Below, piece after piece: positions 16,148-24,887 of a stretch of DNA of 64,000 nt (its first letter is position 1; every line of letters starts with the position of its first letter). The translations under genes and the position numbers were made by a program. Origin of the DNA: a virus (taxonomy: Duplodnaviria; Caudoviricetes); the IMG/VR virus record IMGVR_UViG_3300028797_000005, positions 32,001-96,000 of that record. The stretch is one strand, 5' to 3'. Under the pieces are notes generated by a model, which saw only the letters and a program-made list of their open reading frames with translations, had not been told where the DNA came from and ran no database searches.

Positions 16148-16479
16148 GTATAGAAAATGCGAAGATTACAGATGTTTCTCTTACGTTTGAAGACCATGGT
16201 TGTTTGACTTTTTACATAACTGTAGAAGGAAACGGTTGGGGAGTCAGTATTGGCGGTTACTGTATTGGTAAAGGCTATCGCGGTGCCAAGGAGTTTACAT
16301 CTACTGATAAAGGTTTAGTAGCTATGATGAAAATTATGGATGTCATTGGTGTTGATAAATGGGAAGACATTAAAGGAAAATATTGCAGAATAGAAATAGG
16401 TAACTGGGGTGACACAGTTCATAAAATTGGTAATATTATAACAGATAAATGGGTAGATTTGAAAGAGGAATTTAAATGA
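16144..16479 (+). CDS. Hypothetical phage protein
   Basis: 111 aa, coupled to both neighbours. Confidence 0.7.
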   Translation: MSIENAKITDVSLTFEDHGCLTFYITVEGNGWGVSIGGYCIGKGYRGAKEFTSTDKGLVAMMKIMDVIGVDKWEDIKGKYCRIEIGNWGDTVHKIGNIITDKWVDLKEEFK

Positions 16480-16637
16480 CAATAGGAGAAGTAATTGCAT
16501 TATTAACAACTTATTGTTCTGATGAAGATTATCTACTTATGTGTAGATCAATTTATAGTATTGAAGTAGATGATGATTCAATAATTATATATACAAAAGA
16601 TGGTAAATCTGATATTATAATTAAAAGAGGAATTTAA
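16476..16637 (+). CDS. 53-aa hypothetical protein flanked by 18-bp direct repeats
   Basis: MTIGEVIALLTTYCSDEDYLL...KRGI*; aaagaggaatttaaatga at 16462-16479 and 16624-16641. Confidence 0.6.
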   Translation: MTIGEVIALLTTYCSDEDYLLMCRSIYSIEVDDDSIIIYTKDGKSDIIIKRGI

Positions 16638-17741
16638 ATGAATGGAATAATTAGTGGATTTGATTTTTATAATGCAGAGGCTCAGAAATATTGGTCGTTC
16701 CCTGCATCATATGATAACAAGAAAAGAACAGATACTCTGAACTCAATGCTTTACTCTAATGATTATATTGCTTCAGAGAAGCGCGATGGTTACTTCCAAT
16801 TTGTTATTAAAGACGATGAGGGAGATGTCTTAATGCGCGCTCGTTCTAAAGGCGTCAATGGCTGGGTCTTTAAACAAGACTGGGTGCCGCATCTTAATCC
16901 ATTCTTTGAAGCACTTCCTAATGGTACTTGCCTTGTCTGTGAAGTCTATATTCCTGGTAAGACGAGTAAGAATATTACTACTATCTTAGGCTGTTTGAAA
17001 GAGAAAGCTATTCAGCGGCAAGAAAAAGGTGACAAACTGCGTCTTAGTGTATTTGACGTATTAGCTTGGGATGGTGAGCTGCTCTATAATAAACCTATTA
17101 TTGAGCGTGTGAAATATTTACATGAATTACCTACTCCAGAATATGTCGATGTTGTAACATATTGGGATGGTCCCGAAAATATCACAGAGAACTGGCTTAA
17201 TATCTTATCAAGGGGCGGTGAAGGTGTAGTCCTTACGCGCAAGGATAACAAGTACGAGTTCGGTAAAAGAACAGCAAAGCATACTCTGAAACTTAAGAAA
17301 GAGCTGTCCGATACACTTGATGTATTCCTTACCGGTCGCTGGAAAGAACCAACTGTTCAGTATAGTGGTACTGAATTAGCCACTTGGCCATATTGGTACA
17401 ATGTACTGAAAGATGAGCGTGTTTATGGCGACATGAGTACAAGAGTTCATAATAATGAGTTTATTCCTGTTACCAAACTCTTCTTTAATAAATGGGCGGC
17501 CGCAGTTGAAATTGCTATGATTATTGATGGTAAAGAAACTCCTATTGGTTGGATTTCCGGTGTAAGTGATGATGTTCGAGAAGAGATTGTTAAAATGCCG
17601 GAAGAATATATTCATCAAGTAGTTGAGCTTCAGGCTATGGAAATTGATACAAGTGGAAAAACTCCTACTCTGCGCCATGCTAAAATTGTAAACTGGCGTA
17701 GTGATAAAAATTGGCAGGATTGTATTTGGCATGAGAAGTAA
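16638..17741 (+). CDS. ATP-dependent DNA ligase
   Basis: EKRDG (motif I), FDVL, EGVV, LKLK, LRH...WRSDK. Confidence 0.9.
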   Translation: MNGIISGFDFYNAEAQKYWSFPASYDNKKRTDTLNSMLYSNDYIASEKRDGYFQFVIKDDEGDVLMRARSKGVNGWVFKQDWVPHLNPFFEALPNGTCLVCEVYIPGKTSKNITTILGCLKEKAIQRQEKGDKLRLSVFDVLAWDGELLYNKPIIERVKYLHELPTPEYVDVVTYWDGPENITENWLNILSRGGEGVVLTRKDNKYEFGKRTAKHTLKLKKELSDTLDVFLTGRWKEPTVQYSGTELATWPYWYNVLKDERVYGDMSTRVHNNEFIPVTKLFFNKWAAAVEIAMIIDGKETPIGWISGVSDDVREEIVKMPEEYIHQVVELQAMEIDTSGKTPTLRHAKIVNWRSDKNWQDCIWHEK

Positions 17742-18120
17742 AGGTGAGCAATTAATTGCTACTCTTCTTAATAAGAGTAATATTAAGTTTAGGACAGAAG
17801 CTACTCTGCGCGGCTGTAAGGGATATAGAGGTAAACTATTACGTTTTGACTTTTATATCCCAAGTAAGAATTGCTGTATAGAATGGCATGGCGAACAGCA
17901 TTATCAGTTCGTTAAGCATTTTAGCAAGAGTCAAAAAGAGTGGTTATATAGGAGAGAGATGGACTTGAGAAAAGCCCAATATTGTCTTGAGCATAATATT
18001 GCTCTTTATGTCATTCCTTATACAGATTATGATTTACTAAAAACTGCCGACGATATATTTCAAGACAAGTATAGGGTAAAAAGTAAGTGGTATCTTTATG
18101 AGCAAAATAATAAAAGCTAA
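17731..18120 (+). CDS. PD-(D/E)xK endonuclease (Vsr/DUF559-like)
   Basis: SKGE, LRFDFY, IEWHGEQHY motifs; likely ATG at 17731. Confidence 0.75.
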   Translation: MRSKGEQLIATLLNKSNIKFRTEATLRGCKGYRGKLLRFDFYIPSKNCCIEWHGEQHYQFVKHFSKSQKEWLYRREMDLRKAQYCLEHNIALYVIPYTDYDLLKTADDIFQDKYRVKSKWYLYEQNNKS

Positions 18121-18280
18121 GTATTGCCAATTTTGTGGAAAACTTTTTCCATGGAATTATCCGTATAATAAATGTGATCAATGCGGTCGAGATAATTTGA
18201 AAATCGCCATAGCTGAAGTTAATAAGTTTTATATAGCGCAAGATGCAGAGATAATAAGTAGTGAGCCGATTAAAAAATAA
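18098..18280 (+). CDS. Small Zn-finger protein
   Basis: CQFC...CDQC. Confidence 0.55.
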   Translation: MSKIIKAKYCQFCGKLFPWNYPYNKCDQCGRDNLKIAIAEVNKFYIAQDAEIISSEPIKK

Positions 18281-18292
18281 CGGCTCTTTTTA
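18263..18292 (+). terminator. Intrinsic terminator
   Basis: gagccg...cggctc followed by a T-run. Confidence 0.65.
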
Positions 18293-18302
18293 TTTGAGAA
18301 AT

Positions 18303-18330
18303 TTGCAAATTTCTACATTTATGTTATAAT
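18303..18330 (+). promoter_or_regulatory. SigmaA promoter
   Basis: TTGCAA-N16-TATAAT with TG extension. Confidence 0.7.
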
Positions 18331-18351
18331 ATAATTAAATGGAGGTAAAAT

Positions 18352-19293
18352 ATGTATTTATACACTACAATTTTGCTTCTAATTTGTTGTATTGTAATTA
18401 TTATAAAAACACAAGTAGACAAGAAAAATGTAGAAAAAATTCAACACAAACGCCAAGTACTTCAAGAATTAGAACAAGATTTAATTGTTAAAGAAAATGC
18501 TTATCTTACATTAGGCGAATTAGAAGCAGAAGAACAGCAACGCTTAAGAGATATAGAATCTCAAGTAAAAAATTATAACAATACTTTAGAGCAACTTGCG
18601 CGTGATGGCAGAAGAACAATGGCTGAGCAACTTGGACAAGAAGAAATTGCACGCCGCAACTTGCTCAATGAAAAAATGAATAAAGAGGAAGAAGCCCTCT
18701 GGGAAGAATATCTGCAAAGAAAACAGACATATGAGGATTTGCTTGGCCCAATTAAAGCTGAATTAGCTGAATATCAAGCAAAAAAAGAAGCAACTATTGA
18801 GGCTATGAAGCGCGAGCAGGAACTGCAAGATAATCTGAACTTCCATCGCATATGTCTAAAAGAAGCAGATATAGAGGACATCGCCTATCTTAATTCAATC
18901 TTAAACAAATTATCCAATAAAACTGCTATTGCAAAGGTGATTTATGACGTTTACATCGCGGGGCCAGCTAAAGAAATGCTTACAAGAGTTGTCGGATCAA
19001 CTACTAAATCCGGTATATACCGTATTACTGATGTTAATACTCAAGAGTGTTATGTGGGCCAATCAACGGACTTGAAGGCACGCTTAACACAGCATATACG
19101 CGGTAGTCTAGGTATTCAGACTATTGCTGACCAGCGGATTCACCATGCGATGGCTGAACGTGGTATTCAGAATTGGACTTTTGAAATCCTTGAAACTTGT
19201 GATAAAAAGGATTTAAATAACAGAGAAAAATATTGGATTAACTATTACAAGAGCAACGAGTTTGGCTTTAATAATACAAAGGGTAATAAATAA
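18352..19293 (+). CDS. Membrane-anchored coiled-coil protein with C-terminal GIY-YIG nuclease
   Basis: N-terminal hydrophobic helix, ~140-aa coiled coil, then GIYRIT...YVGQS...R..QH...E..WI...GFN. Confidence 0.85.
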   Translation: MYLYTTILLLICCIVIIIKTQVDKKNVEKIQHKRQVLQELEQDLIVKENAYLTLGELEAEEQQRLRDIESQVKNYNNTLEQLARDGRRTMAEQLGQEEIARRNLLNEKMNKEEEALWEEYLQRKQTYEDLLGPIKAELAEYQAKKEATIEAMKREQELQDNLNFHRICLKEADIEDIAYLNSILNKLSNKTAIAKVIYDVYIAGPAKEMLTRVVGSTTKSGIYRITDVNTQECYVGQSTDLKARLTQHIRGSLGIQTIADQRIHHAMAERGIQNWTFEILETCDKKDLNNREKYWINYYKSNEFGFNNTKGNK

Positions 19294-21176
19294 TGCAATT
19301 TAGTGATGAACAGATGGCAATTATTGAGGCGCCACTTGATGAAAAGACCATTGTAATGGCTAGTGCGGCCTCAGGGAAAACAGCCACATTAACAGAACGA
19401 ATTAAATATGTAATTAGTCATGGTATTGACCCAGCTAAAGTTGTGGTCTTAACCTTTACTAACAATGCCGCCGCAGAAATGAGAGATCGGCTTGGAGCGC
19501 ATTATTACCCAGGAATGTTCATGGGTACTATTCACTCTTATGCCAATTTCCTCCTCACTTCACGTGGCTTTAATACAGCTATGATTCGTGATGATGAAGA
19601 TTTTGATAGACTTTTTGAAATGATAGAAGAGAATCCGGAGGTAGTGCGACCTGTGGATTATTTGCTTTGCGATGAAAGTCAAGACTTGAATAAAGAGCAA
19701 TTCCTCTTCATCTCTGAAGTAATTGATCCATTAGCATCATTAATTGTAGGAGATATTCGTCAATGTCAACCGAAAGGCACAAAAATTTTATTAAGGAATA
19801 ATATTGAAAAAAATATTGAAGATATTTTACCAGGTGACTCAATAGTTTATTATGAGCCAGAAAAAGGAAGAGCTTGCAGTTTAGGTAACAAGGCATATAA
19901 TTCAATTAATAAAACTGTTAAAAAAATTGAAAAAAGTTATACTAACGATTTAATTACTATTGTAACTGAAGATAATAAAATTAGTCAATATACTCCAAAT
20001 CATCGTACATATGTAAAATTAAATAATGATTTAGATAAATATGCTGTTTATTTAATGTGTGATGATAATTACAATTTTAGAATTGGCATGATTGCTATTC
20101 GTGGAACAGAGTGTTCTGTTGCTTGGCGCGTAAAAATGAAAAATGAAGGATGCTCAAAAATTTGGATAGTTAAAATTTGTAATACAAGAAAAGAAGCACG
20201 AGTTGAGGAAGCTCGGATGTCTTATCAATATGGAATCCCTCAAATTTGTTGGCAGACGGATAAAGTAAGCTGGACTAATGAAGACATTCAATATATATAC
20301 TCAAAAATTAATACTAAAGAAAGAGCAAAAAAATGTTTAGAAGATAATGGATTATTTTTAGAATATCCTTTATTAGATTTAAATATTGAATGGTCTAAAA
20401 ATAATCATTTTGCTGGCAATGCGAGTATTCAGATTTTTGCTGCAAATATTTTCCCAGAATATATGGATGCCTTATGTTATGATGGCTTTATGAAGACTAA
20501 CCATAGTAATAAATATTTTAGTACTATTATTCATGTAGAAAAAGAAAAAACTGAATCTCGGGTAGAGGTATATAGTCTTCAGGTAGAAGGTGGTAATTAT
20601 GTTGCAGATGGAATAATTACTCATAATTCTATTTATGGATTCAGAGGGGCTGAGCCTAAAATGCTCCTACGCCTTATGAGTAAACCTGAGTATACTGTGC
20701 GCGAACTAACTCAAAACTATCGTAATGGTAAGAAGATTATAGATTTCTCCAATAAATTTATTGAGAAAATGAAGAACGTTCCAAAGACCTTTGTAAAAGG
20801 TATGAGAGGCGAACAAGGTAAAGTTCAACTTATTACACAATTCGACATTCTTAACACAATAAAAAAAGACCCCGAATGGGGTCATTGGGCAATTCTATGT
20901 AGAACCAACAAAAAAGTTGATCAAATAATGGGATTGCTAGTTCGTCAAGGCATACCTTGCATAACTTTTAGACAAGCGCAAGGTAGCCTTGACGACCTAA
21001 AGGAGAAAATGAATGAAGATGCTGTTAAAGTTTTGACCATCCATTCATCTAAAGGGCTAGAATTTGATAAGGTCATTGTTTGTGACACCTTCAGTAAGGG
21101 CCAAGATAATATTAGATTAAATTATGTTGCTGTCACGCGTGCACGTGACGAATTATATATTGTAGCTAAGAACTAG
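19293..21176 (+). CDS. uvrD: Compact UvrD/PcrA-family SF1 helicase containing an intein
   Basis: AASGKT, LTFTNNAA, TIHS, DESQD, GDIRQ|SIYGFRGA, NYRN, TIHSSKGLEF, YVAVTRA. Confidence 0.9.
   Translation: MQFSDEQMAIIEAPLDEKTIVMASAASGKTATLTERIKYVISHGIDPAKVVVLTFTNNAAAEMRDRLGAHYYPGMFMGTIHSYANFLLTSRGFNTAMIRDDEDFDRLFEMIEENPEVVRPVDYLLCDESQDLNKEQFLFISEVIDPLASLIVGDIRQCQPKGTKILLRNNIEKNIEDILPGDSIVYYEPEKGRACSLGNKAYNSINKTVKKIEKSYTNDLITIVTEDNKISQYTPNHRTYVKLNNDLDKYAVYLMCDDNYNFRIGMIAIRGTECSVAWRVKMKNEGCSKIWIVKICNTRKEARVEEARMSYQYGIPQICWQTDKVSWTNEDIQYIYSKINTKERAKKCLEDNGLFLEYPLLDLNIEWSKNNHFAGNASIQIFAANIFPEYMDALCYDGFMKTNHSNKYFSTIIHVEKEKTESRVEVYSLQVEGGNYVADGIITHNSIYGFRGAEPKMLLRLMSKPEYTVRELTQNYRNGKKIIDFSNKFIEKMKNVPKTFVKGMRGEQGKVQLITQFDILNTIKKDPEWGHWAILCRTNKKVDQIMGLLVRQGIPCITFRQAQGSLDDLKEKMNEDAVKVLTIHSSKGLEFDKVIVCDTFSKGQDNIRLNYVAVTRARDELYIVAKN
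19764..20627 (+). mobile_element. Intein (288 aa) in helicase motif III
   Basis: Starts CQPKGT, block B TPNH, ends NYVADGIITHN followed by Ser. Removing it restores GDIRQSIYGFRGA. Confidence 0.95.
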
Positions 21177-21628
21177 CCTACTGTATTTCCATTACCTTCT
21201 TCAGCTGGCGGTGTGTCTCCACCATTATCTGCTTCTGGCTCAGTATTACTAAATACCCAATATTCTTCTTCGCTATCATAAACTAAATAAGAATTTAAAC
21301 TAATATAATAGTCTCCTGTGCCAGATAAAATGAAGCAATCTAATCCATCACTTGGAGCAGTAGGTGTTGCATCTTCAAGAAGCATAATTCTATATAAAGA
21401 ACTTGCACTTGGAGCTGCGAGACCATCTACATAGCTAACGTGTGCTTCAGTCTGTTTAATTTCATAAACAGGAACTTCTACATTCTTTAATGCACCTTCT
21501 GGTACTCTGGCAGCTTCATCGGCTGCCTCTTTTTCTGCCGCATACTGTGCAACCATAGATTCAATCTGATTAGGATTGCTATTATATGGTGTTTTTACGA
21601 CATACTGTCTAATTTCTTGTAAAGTCAT
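21173..21628 (-). CDS. Hypothetical acidic protein in the holin cassette
   Basis: 151 aa; RBS GGAGG; stop overlaps the helicase stop (CTAG). Confidence 0.65.
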   Translation of the reverse strand: MTLQEIRQYVVKTPYNSNPNQIESMVAQYAAEKEAADEAARVPEGALKNVEVPVYEIKQTEAHVSYVDGLAAPSASSLYRIMLLEDATPTAPSDGLDCFILSGTGDYYISLNSYLVYDSEEEYWVFSNTEPEADNGGDTPPAEEGNGNTVG

Positions 21629-21631
21629 TGA

Positions 21632-21826
21632 TTATTCCTCCACTTCAGGTAAGCCTGTTGCTACTGAAGTAAGAAGTGATAAAATACCTGCTAAAACAGA
21701 AGCTGAAGCAACGACTACCCAATTTACATCGGTAAGCACATATGCAGTACCGATAGATGCAATAGCGGTTTGGCAAATTGTTTTAATAGCACGAATACCA
21801 GCCGCTTTCCAAAATTCTTTATTCAT
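21632..21826 (-). CDS. Holin (phage r1t family-like)
   Basis: [14 protein letters not shown]...DVNW..V.SAS.LAG.LSLLTS...LPE; two TM segments. Confidence 0.88.
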   Translation of the reverse strand: MNKEFWKAAGIRAIKTICQTAIASIGTAYVLTDVNWVVVASASVLAGILSLLTSVATGLPEVEE

Positions 21827-21835
21827 GGCTTTCTC

Positions 21836-22249
21836 CTATAAAAAATCATTATTTGTTAATGCAGCATGGTAAACTTCATTAACATATTTAATTGCATGAG
21901 CCGCTTTATTATTCTTAAATCCCTCATGCTCTTTACAATAGGTTTCATAAAGAGTAATATCTTCATTAAGCTGATCAAAATACTCTTCTGAATGTTTAAT
22001 TGTACTGTGTCTGATACCATCGGCGGCCTGAAGGATTCTAACTCTAGCATTTATTGCTTCATTCTTATCAATCATTTCAATAATGCCCTTGATTTCCTTA
22101 CGAATTGCATCTAATTCTTCAGACACTTTTTTATCATCTTTGGCATTATCGTCCTTCCGTTTGATTAAGAATTGTATAAAATTGAATAATCCTGTGGCCC
22201 CTATAACAGACCCAGCTATCGTGACAACCAATTCCCAATTCATTGTCAC
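21836..22249 (-). CDS. Holin-associated membrane protein (TM plus coiled coil)
   Basis: N-terminal TM; R.RIL...D...YE.YC..H..FKN motif; adjacent to the holin. Confidence 0.65.
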   Translation of the reverse strand: MTMNWELVVTIAGSVIGATGLFNFIQFLIKRKDDNAKDDKKVSEELDAIRKEIKGIIEMIDKNEAINARVRILQAADGIRHSTIKHSEEYFDQLNEDITLYETYCKEHEGFKNNKAAHAIKYVNEVYHAALTNNDFL

Positions 22250-22317
22250 AACCTCCTAGAAAATGCTAACAATATTAAGTTCAAATCGAGTAGGAGCCTA
22301 CTTCCCTATTCTTATTG

Positions 22318-22345
22318 TAAGTGAGATTTTTCATATAACTTTATA
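22318..22345 (-). promoter_or_regulatory. Candidate late promoter TATAAA-N17-ACTTA
   Basis: Shares AAATCTYACTTA with the 6541 site; upstream of the holin cassette. Confidence 0.45.
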
Positions 22346-22362
22346 ATACTTCAAATTAAAAT

Positions 22363-22391
22363 TTGACTTTTAAACATATTTATTATATAAT
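22363..22391 (+). promoter_or_regulatory. SigmaA promoter
   Basis: TTGACT-N17-TATAAT. Confidence 0.8.
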
Positions 22392-22438
22392 AAATTATAA
22401 GAAAAATTGAGTGTAGATATACGGATTGGAGTATAAAA

Positions 22439-22672
22439 ATGACCGACAGAGAAATCGAAATGGTAAATGACGAGGATTGCTGGATTGAATATCTTGGAAA
22501 TCTTTATGAGTTTGTTGGAATGTTAGGTATGCACTTTGTATTCTCCGATGTTAATAACGGAGATGCGATTGCGCTTAGCAGAAATACTCTTCATAATAGC
22601 TGTTTCATTATCCATCCGTCTGAATTAGAAGAAATCGAAAGAGGAGACCATATTCATGCCAGCGGGATTTAA
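22439..22672 (+). CDS. Hypothetical protein
   Basis: RBS GGAG; first gene after the promoter. Confidence 0.6.
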   Translation: MTDREIEMVNDEDCWIEYLGNLYEFVGMLGMHFVFSDVNNGDAIALSRNTLHNSCFIIHPSELEEIERGDHIHASGI

Positions 22673-22907
22673 TTATGTTGATACAGAAGTTAAACTTATA
22701 GAAAGGCAATATCGTTGCCCAGAATGTAAAAGGGGATTTCTTATATTTCAAAGTGATGAGGTTGTCGTTACAACTTGGCCTCCACTTTATCCTCATAGAT
22801 GTAATAAATGCAGATATGAAGTAAAGTTACAAGGTAATACTTATCCTTCATTTTATATTCAAGATTCAAACGGTGAAAGAAATGTCTATCTCACAAGCAA
22901 AGTATGA
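22656..22907 (+). CDS. Zn-ribbon protein
   Basis: CPEC...PP.YPHRCNKC. Confidence 0.65.
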   Translation: MPAGFNYVDTEVKLIERQYRCPECKRGFLIFQSDEVVVTTWPPLYPHRCNKCRYEVKLQGNTYPSFYIQDSNGERNVYLTSKV

Positions 22908-24738
22908 TGCTAATTCAATAGAGCAACTCACCTTTAGAGAAGGGGTGCGTGCTCGTGTAGGCATTTATCTTGGGTCAGCAGATCACACAGGAGTGATTGC
23001 TGGCCTTTTGGAGTTAGTCAATAACGCCACCGACGAGTATTTGGTCTGCCCACGCGCCAATCATATCCAGATTACTCTTGGAAAAGATTACGTCAAGGTA
23101 AGAGACTTTGGTCGTGGTATGCCACATGGTCCGAATGATTTTTCAGAAGAAGTTATGATTAACCTCTTAACTGAAAACCACAGTGGTGCAAAGTTTAATG
23201 ACAACGCTTATGGTGGAAAATCTCGTGGGCTTAATGGTACAGGCTCTGCGGCGACCTGTTGCTCTAGTGATTGGTTTACAATTTGCTCTTATCGTGACGG
23301 CGCTGGCTGGAAAATGGAGTTTGAAAAGGGTATTCCTAAATATCCAAAATGTATCAAGTTAGATACTTCTAGTCCGGAAGGTACGGAAATTATTTACTGG
23401 CCAAGTCAAGAAGTTTTCTCAGCTGAACCTATTTATTTTGACTTCAATGAAATTTGCGACATTCTTAAAGAATACTCCTATTTTAATAAAGGCATTGTCT
23501 TTAGCGTTCACGAGCCAAGCTCGGATAGCTTCAAAAGTTTTCACAGCGAGAATGGTCTCATCGACTTCGCAAAAGAGAAAGTAGTCAATCCTATTCATAG
23601 TAAGCCTATTTATATCAAGGCTTCTGAAAATGACATTGATATAGAGCTTATTATGCAATGGACTACCGGTAAAGAAAAGTTTTACCTATTCTCTAACGGT
23701 GGTGAGAACCCCATTGGCGGCACTCCAATCACAGGTATTCGTACAGCCCTCACTAACTTCTTCAAGAAATATGTTGATGATAGTAAGGATATTGTACGAA
23801 GCGGCCTGGTGTATATCTGCTCAGTTAATCTTAAGAATCCAATCTATGACGGACAGACTAAAGGGAAGATTACAAATCCAGAACTACGCGGCCTCTGCCA
23901 AAAATTAACTACTCAAGCCTTGACCGAGTATGCTGAAAAAGAGAAAGCGTCTTTTAATCAGATTATTAATTTTATAGAAAAAAATAACAAGGCAGAAATA
24001 GCGGCTCAAAAAGTTCGCAACTCTATCCTTAAAGCCAACAAGGATATTGAGAAGAACATTAAGAAGAAAGTTTTTGCTTCAGACAAGCTGAAAGATGCGC
24101 GTAAGCTGGGTAAAGATAGTATTCTTCTTATCTGCGAAGGTGATTCAGCGCTTGGTTCTTTGGCACAGGCTAGAGATCCTAATGTATATGGATTACTTGG
24201 TATTCGTGGTAAGATTATCAATGCTCTCTCTAATCCTCTTGACAAAGTAATGGAAAATGAAGAAGTTCAGCTTATTTTTGCGGCGCTTGGAGTGACACCA
24301 AATAACTATAATAGCAAGAAATTGCGCTATGGCCAAATTGGTATTGCTTCAGATGCTGACCAAGACGGCAACCATATCGCCCTCTTACTCCTAAGTATGT
24401 TTGCCGAATTAATGCCTGAGCTTCTTCATGAAGGCCGCGTATTTAGATTGGATGCTCCGACTCATGTGGTGAAACGTGGCGGCAAGGATTATTATTTCTA
24501 CAACTCAGCTGACTTCCTTAATCGCACCGTTACTGGTGATGTATCTTTCCTCAAAGGTATCGGTGAAATGTCAGCTAAGCAGGAGAAAGAATCCATGTTT
24601 GGCATTAATCAGCGCCGCACTTACTTCACATGGGACAACGAAGCAGATAAACAGTTAAAATTATTAATGGGTGAAAGTGCAGAACCAAGAAGAGAATTTT
24701 TATTTAATAGAGTAGATTTTTCAAGGATTACAGAGTAA
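22873..24738 (+). CDS. gyrB: Type IIA topoisomerase subunit B (GyrB/ParE-like)
   Basis: ELVNNATDE, DFGRGMP, GLNGTG, EGDSA, IRGKIIN, DADQDG, KGIGEM. Confidence 0.93.
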   Translation: MKEMSISQAKYDANSIEQLTFREGVRARVGIYLGSADHTGVIAGLLELVNNATDEYLVCPRANHIQITLGKDYVKVRDFGRGMPHGPNDFSEEVMINLLTENHSGAKFNDNAYGGKSRGLNGTGSAATCCSSDWFTICSYRDGAGWKMEFEKGIPKYPKCIKLDTSSPEGTEIIYWPSQEVFSAEPIYFDFNEICDILKEYSYFNKGIVFSVHEPSSDSFKSFHSENGLIDFAKEKVVNPIHSKPIYIKASENDIDIELIMQWTTGKEKFYLFSNGGENPIGGTPITGIRTALTNFFKKYVDDSKDIVRSGLVYICSVNLKNPIYDGQTKGKITNPELRGLCQKLTTQALTEYAEKEKASFNQIINFIEKNNKAEIAAQKVRNSILKANKDIEKNIKKKVFASDKLKDARKLGKDSILLICEGDSALGSLAQARDPNVYGLLGIRGKIINALSNPLDKVMENEEVQLIFAALGVTPNNYNSKKLRYGQIGIASDADQDGNHIALLLLSMFAELMPELLHEGRVFRLDAPTHVVKRGGKDYYFYNSADFLNRTVTGDVSFLKGIGEMSAKQEKESMFGINQRRTYFTWDNEADKQLKLLMGESAEPRREFLFNRVDFSRITE

Positions 24739-24887
24739 TGGGACAGTTTTTATTAGGTTTACTTAGCTTATTTTATATCGGTGGGTTGTTATTCTTCCTT
24801 CTTTGGATTTTTACAGCATTTTTCCACACGATATTCAGTTCAATTATTAAGACCTTAGATGATTGGGACAGAACAGATGACTACTAA
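24738..24887 (+). CDS. 49-aa membrane protein between the topoisomerase subunits
   Basis: MGQFLLGLLSLFYIGGLLFFLLWIFTAFFHTIFSSIIKTLDDWDRTDDY*; TAATG-coupled to subunit B and overlapping the subunit A start. Confidence 0.6.
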   Translation: MGQFLLGLLSLFYIGGLLFFLLWIFTAFFHTIFSSIIKTLDDWDRTDDY

